Assembly: GCA_964600035.1 (NCBI GenBank)
Contig: CAZRIB010000005.1
Coordinates: 1 to 27,878, forward strand
Direction of reading: 5' to 3'
Origin: an uncultured Ardenticatenaceae bacterium
Lineage (GTDB): Bacteria; Chloroflexota; Anaerolineae; Promineifilales; Promineifilaceae
Length of the DNA: 27,878 nt
The position numbers were made by a program, and so were the translations under genes. Position 1 is the stretch's first letter. Every line of letters begins with the position of its first letter. Positions 26,254 to 27,878 of this stretch are shown piece by piece. Under the pieces are notes generated by a model, which saw nothing but the letters and a program-made list of their open reading frames with translations, did no database searches and was not told the origin of the DNA.

Positions 26254-27231
26254 ATGATCATTGTGCAATCCCCATTAAGAGTTAGTTTGTTCGGCGGCGG
26301 AACCGATTTCGCCGACTTTTACAAGGAACATGGCGGGTGTGTCCTGTCCTCCGCCATCGACAAATTCATCTTCGTCACCATAAAACAGCGTTTTGATGAC
26401 AAAATTCGCGTTGGCTACACACGAACAGAAATGGTAGACAGCATCGATGAAATTCAACACGAATTGATTCGAGAAGCACTCCGGGTTACGGGCATCCAAA
26501 AAGGGGTGGAAATTACCACAATGGGCGACATCCCCTCCGAAGGTTCGGGGCTGGGTTCTTCCAGCACAGTTACCGTAGGGGCTTTGCATGCCATGTATGC
26601 CTACCAAAAGGAATTGGTGCTGTCGGAGCGGTTGGCGCGGGAAGCCTGCTACATTGAAATTGAAAAATTAGGAAAGCCCATTGGTATCCAAGACCAATAC
26701 ATTGCGGCTTATGGTGGTTTGCGTTTTATGGAATTTATGCCGGATGGGCGGGTAGTTGCTAATCGTGCTGTCTTTGATGACCATACGCTGCGCCGTTTGA
26801 ATGAAAACCTGCTTTTGTTCTTTACAGGTGTTACGCGCAAAGCCGATAACATTCTTTCAGAACAAAAAAGCAACATTCAGGATAAAACATCAATTTTGTG
26901 CCAGATGAAATCCATTGCTTACACAGCGTTTCAGGAACTGCAAAAAGGGCATTTTCGGGCGATTGGTGAGCTTTTGGATGAGAGCTGGCAGTTGAAGAAG
27001 CGGCTGGCCAGCCAAATTAGCAACGGTGTGCTGGATGAGATGTATGAAACGGCAAAGGCGGCCGGGGCAATTGGCGGCAAAATTTCAGGCGCGGGCGGCG
27101 GCGGTTTTTTGTTGGTTTATGTGCCTAAAACACATCATGAGGATGTGCGGCAGGCGTTGAGTCATTTGCAAGAATTACCGTTTCGATTGGGGCAGGATGG
27201 CAGTAAGGTCATTTTTGATTATCAACGATGA
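26254..27231 (+). CDS. hddA: D-glycero-alpha-D-manno-heptose-7-phosphate kinase (GHMP kinase)
   Basis: [31 protein letters not shown] and [12 protein letters not shown]; adjacent to gmhA. Confidence 0.85.
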   Translation: MIIVQSPLRVSLFGGGTDFADFYKEHGGCVLSSAIDKFIFVTIKQRFDDKIRVGYTRTEMVDSIDEIQHELIREALRVTGIQKGVEITTMGDIPSEGSGLGSSSTVTVGALHAMYAYQKELVLSERLAREACYIEIEKLGKPIGIQDQYIAAYGGLRFMEFMPDGRVVANRAVFDDHTLRRLNENLLLFFTGVTRKADNILSEQKSNIQDKTSILCQMKSIAYTAFQELQKGHFRAIGELLDESWQLKKRLASQISNGVLDEMYETAKAAGAIGGKISGAGGGGFLLVYVPKTHHEDVRQALSHLQELPFRLGQDGSKVIFDYQR

Positions 27232-27240
27232 GGAGCAGCG

Positions 27241-27837
27241 ATGAATCACGTAAGACATTATTTTTCGGAAATAACAGAGACTTTGACGCGCATTGATGAA
27301 GGCCCGATTAATCAGGTGATTGGTTTGCTGCATGAGGCACGGGTAAACGGCCGTCAAGTGTTCATCATGGGCAACGGCGGCAGTGCATCCACCGCATCCC
27401 ATTTTGTATGCGACCTGGCCAAAAACACCCGCCAGCCAGATTGGCCGCATTACCGCGTTATCGGCCTTACAGACAATATGGCTATCTTTTCTGCCTATGC
27501 CAACGATGAAGGGTATGAAAACGTCTTTGCCATGCAGCTCGCCAATCTGGTACAGCCGGGAGATGTCGTTATCGGCATTTCAACCAGCGGCAACTCGCAG
27601 AATGTATTGCGTGGCATTGCCCTGGCCAATGAAAAAGGGGCTACAACAGTCGGTTTTACCGGTTTCGATGGCGGTAAATTGGCAGGAATGGTTGATATTC
27701 ATTCCCACACACCCAGTTATTGCATTGAACACGTCGAAGATATTCACTTGATGCTGGAGCATTTAATTACCAAAGTGCTGCGGGAGATGACAGAAACCGT
27801 TGCTGTTGAGCAATGTCTTGGCACATCTGTGTCATAA
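27241..27837 (+). CDS. gmhA: Phosphoheptose (sedoheptulose-7-phosphate) isomerase, SIS domain
   Basis: [44 protein letters not shown] and EDIHLMLEH. Confidence 0.88.
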   Translation: MNHVRHYFSEITETLTRIDEGPINQVIGLLHEARVNGRQVFIMGNGGSASTASHFVCDLAKNTRQPDWPHYRVIGLTDNMAIFSAYANDEGYENVFAMQLANLVQPGDVVIGISTSGNSQNVLRGIALANEKGATTVGFTGFDGGKLAGMVDIHSHTPSYCIEHVEDIHLMLEHLITKVLREMTETVAVEQCLGTSVS

Positions 27838-27878
27838 TAAAATGTGGGTTGGTTTATGCCTTGTGTATAATGATGAAG

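Larger units (their letters stand above)
805..27354. repeat. Highly iterated 8-bp palindrome ACGGCCGT (53 dispersed copies; first at 805, last at 27347)
   Basis: Manual scan: 805, 1505, 2950, 4024, 4224, 4419, 5138, 5177, 5490, 5570, 5699, 5850, 5929, 6371, 7139, 7258, 7387, 7405, 7870, 7946, 8105, 9139, 9950, 10418, 10668, 11901, 12302, 13185, 13795, 14397, 14627, 14855, 15208, 15388, 15983, 16174, 16767, 16947, 17325, 17675, 17762, 20324, 20361, 20632, 21070, 21217, 21423, 21966, 22540, 25242, 25592, 25813, 27347. Confidence 0.97.

Noticed and set aside
805-27354. ACGGCCGT as a transcription-factor operator, Chi site or uptake sequence of known type
   Set aside because: All copies are intragenic with none in promoter-like spacers. 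Chi and the Neisseria/Haemophilus uptake sequences are non-palindromic and differ in sequence. An unknown uptake or recombination role cannot be excluded.
1-27878. Skew switches interpreted as a replication origin or terminus
   Set aside because: The sign changes many times at sub-kb scale and tracks a motif; no DnaA-box cluster, dif-like site or dnaA-region genes were seen.

Overview
This window is a 27.9-kb glycan-biosynthesis locus with 22 credible CDSs, 21 on the + strand and one on the - strand. It encodes a Wzm/Wzt ABC exporter, six GT4 and one GT2 glycosyltransferases, two ArnT/PMT-type (GT-C) membrane glycosyltransferases and an O-antigen-ligase (Wzy_C)-family protein. It also encodes three sulfotransferases, three alkaline-phosphatase-superfamily (sulfatase-like) enzymes, an Asp-box surface protein with an LPxTG-like tail, HddA + GmhA (GDP-heptose route), and an inverted NCKX-like Na+/Ca2+ exchanger. 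The gene content and repeat style suggest Chloroflexota (Anaerolineae-like); this is an inference only. The most unusual signal is not a gene. The 8-bp palindrome ACGGCCGT occurs 53 times by manual count (about 0.5 expected), always inside CDSs and in all three frames. At the copies examined, local strand composition flips from G/T-rich on the 5' side to C/A-rich on the 3' side, and the flip is visible at synonymous codon positions. This looks like a HIP1-like iterated palindrome acting as the focus of a strand-asymmetric mutation or repair process. The longer intergenic spacers carry several families of 7- and 9-mer tandem repeats, often as hairpins. No rRNA, tRNA, CRISPR array or transposase was seen. 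All counts are manual and should be verified computationally.
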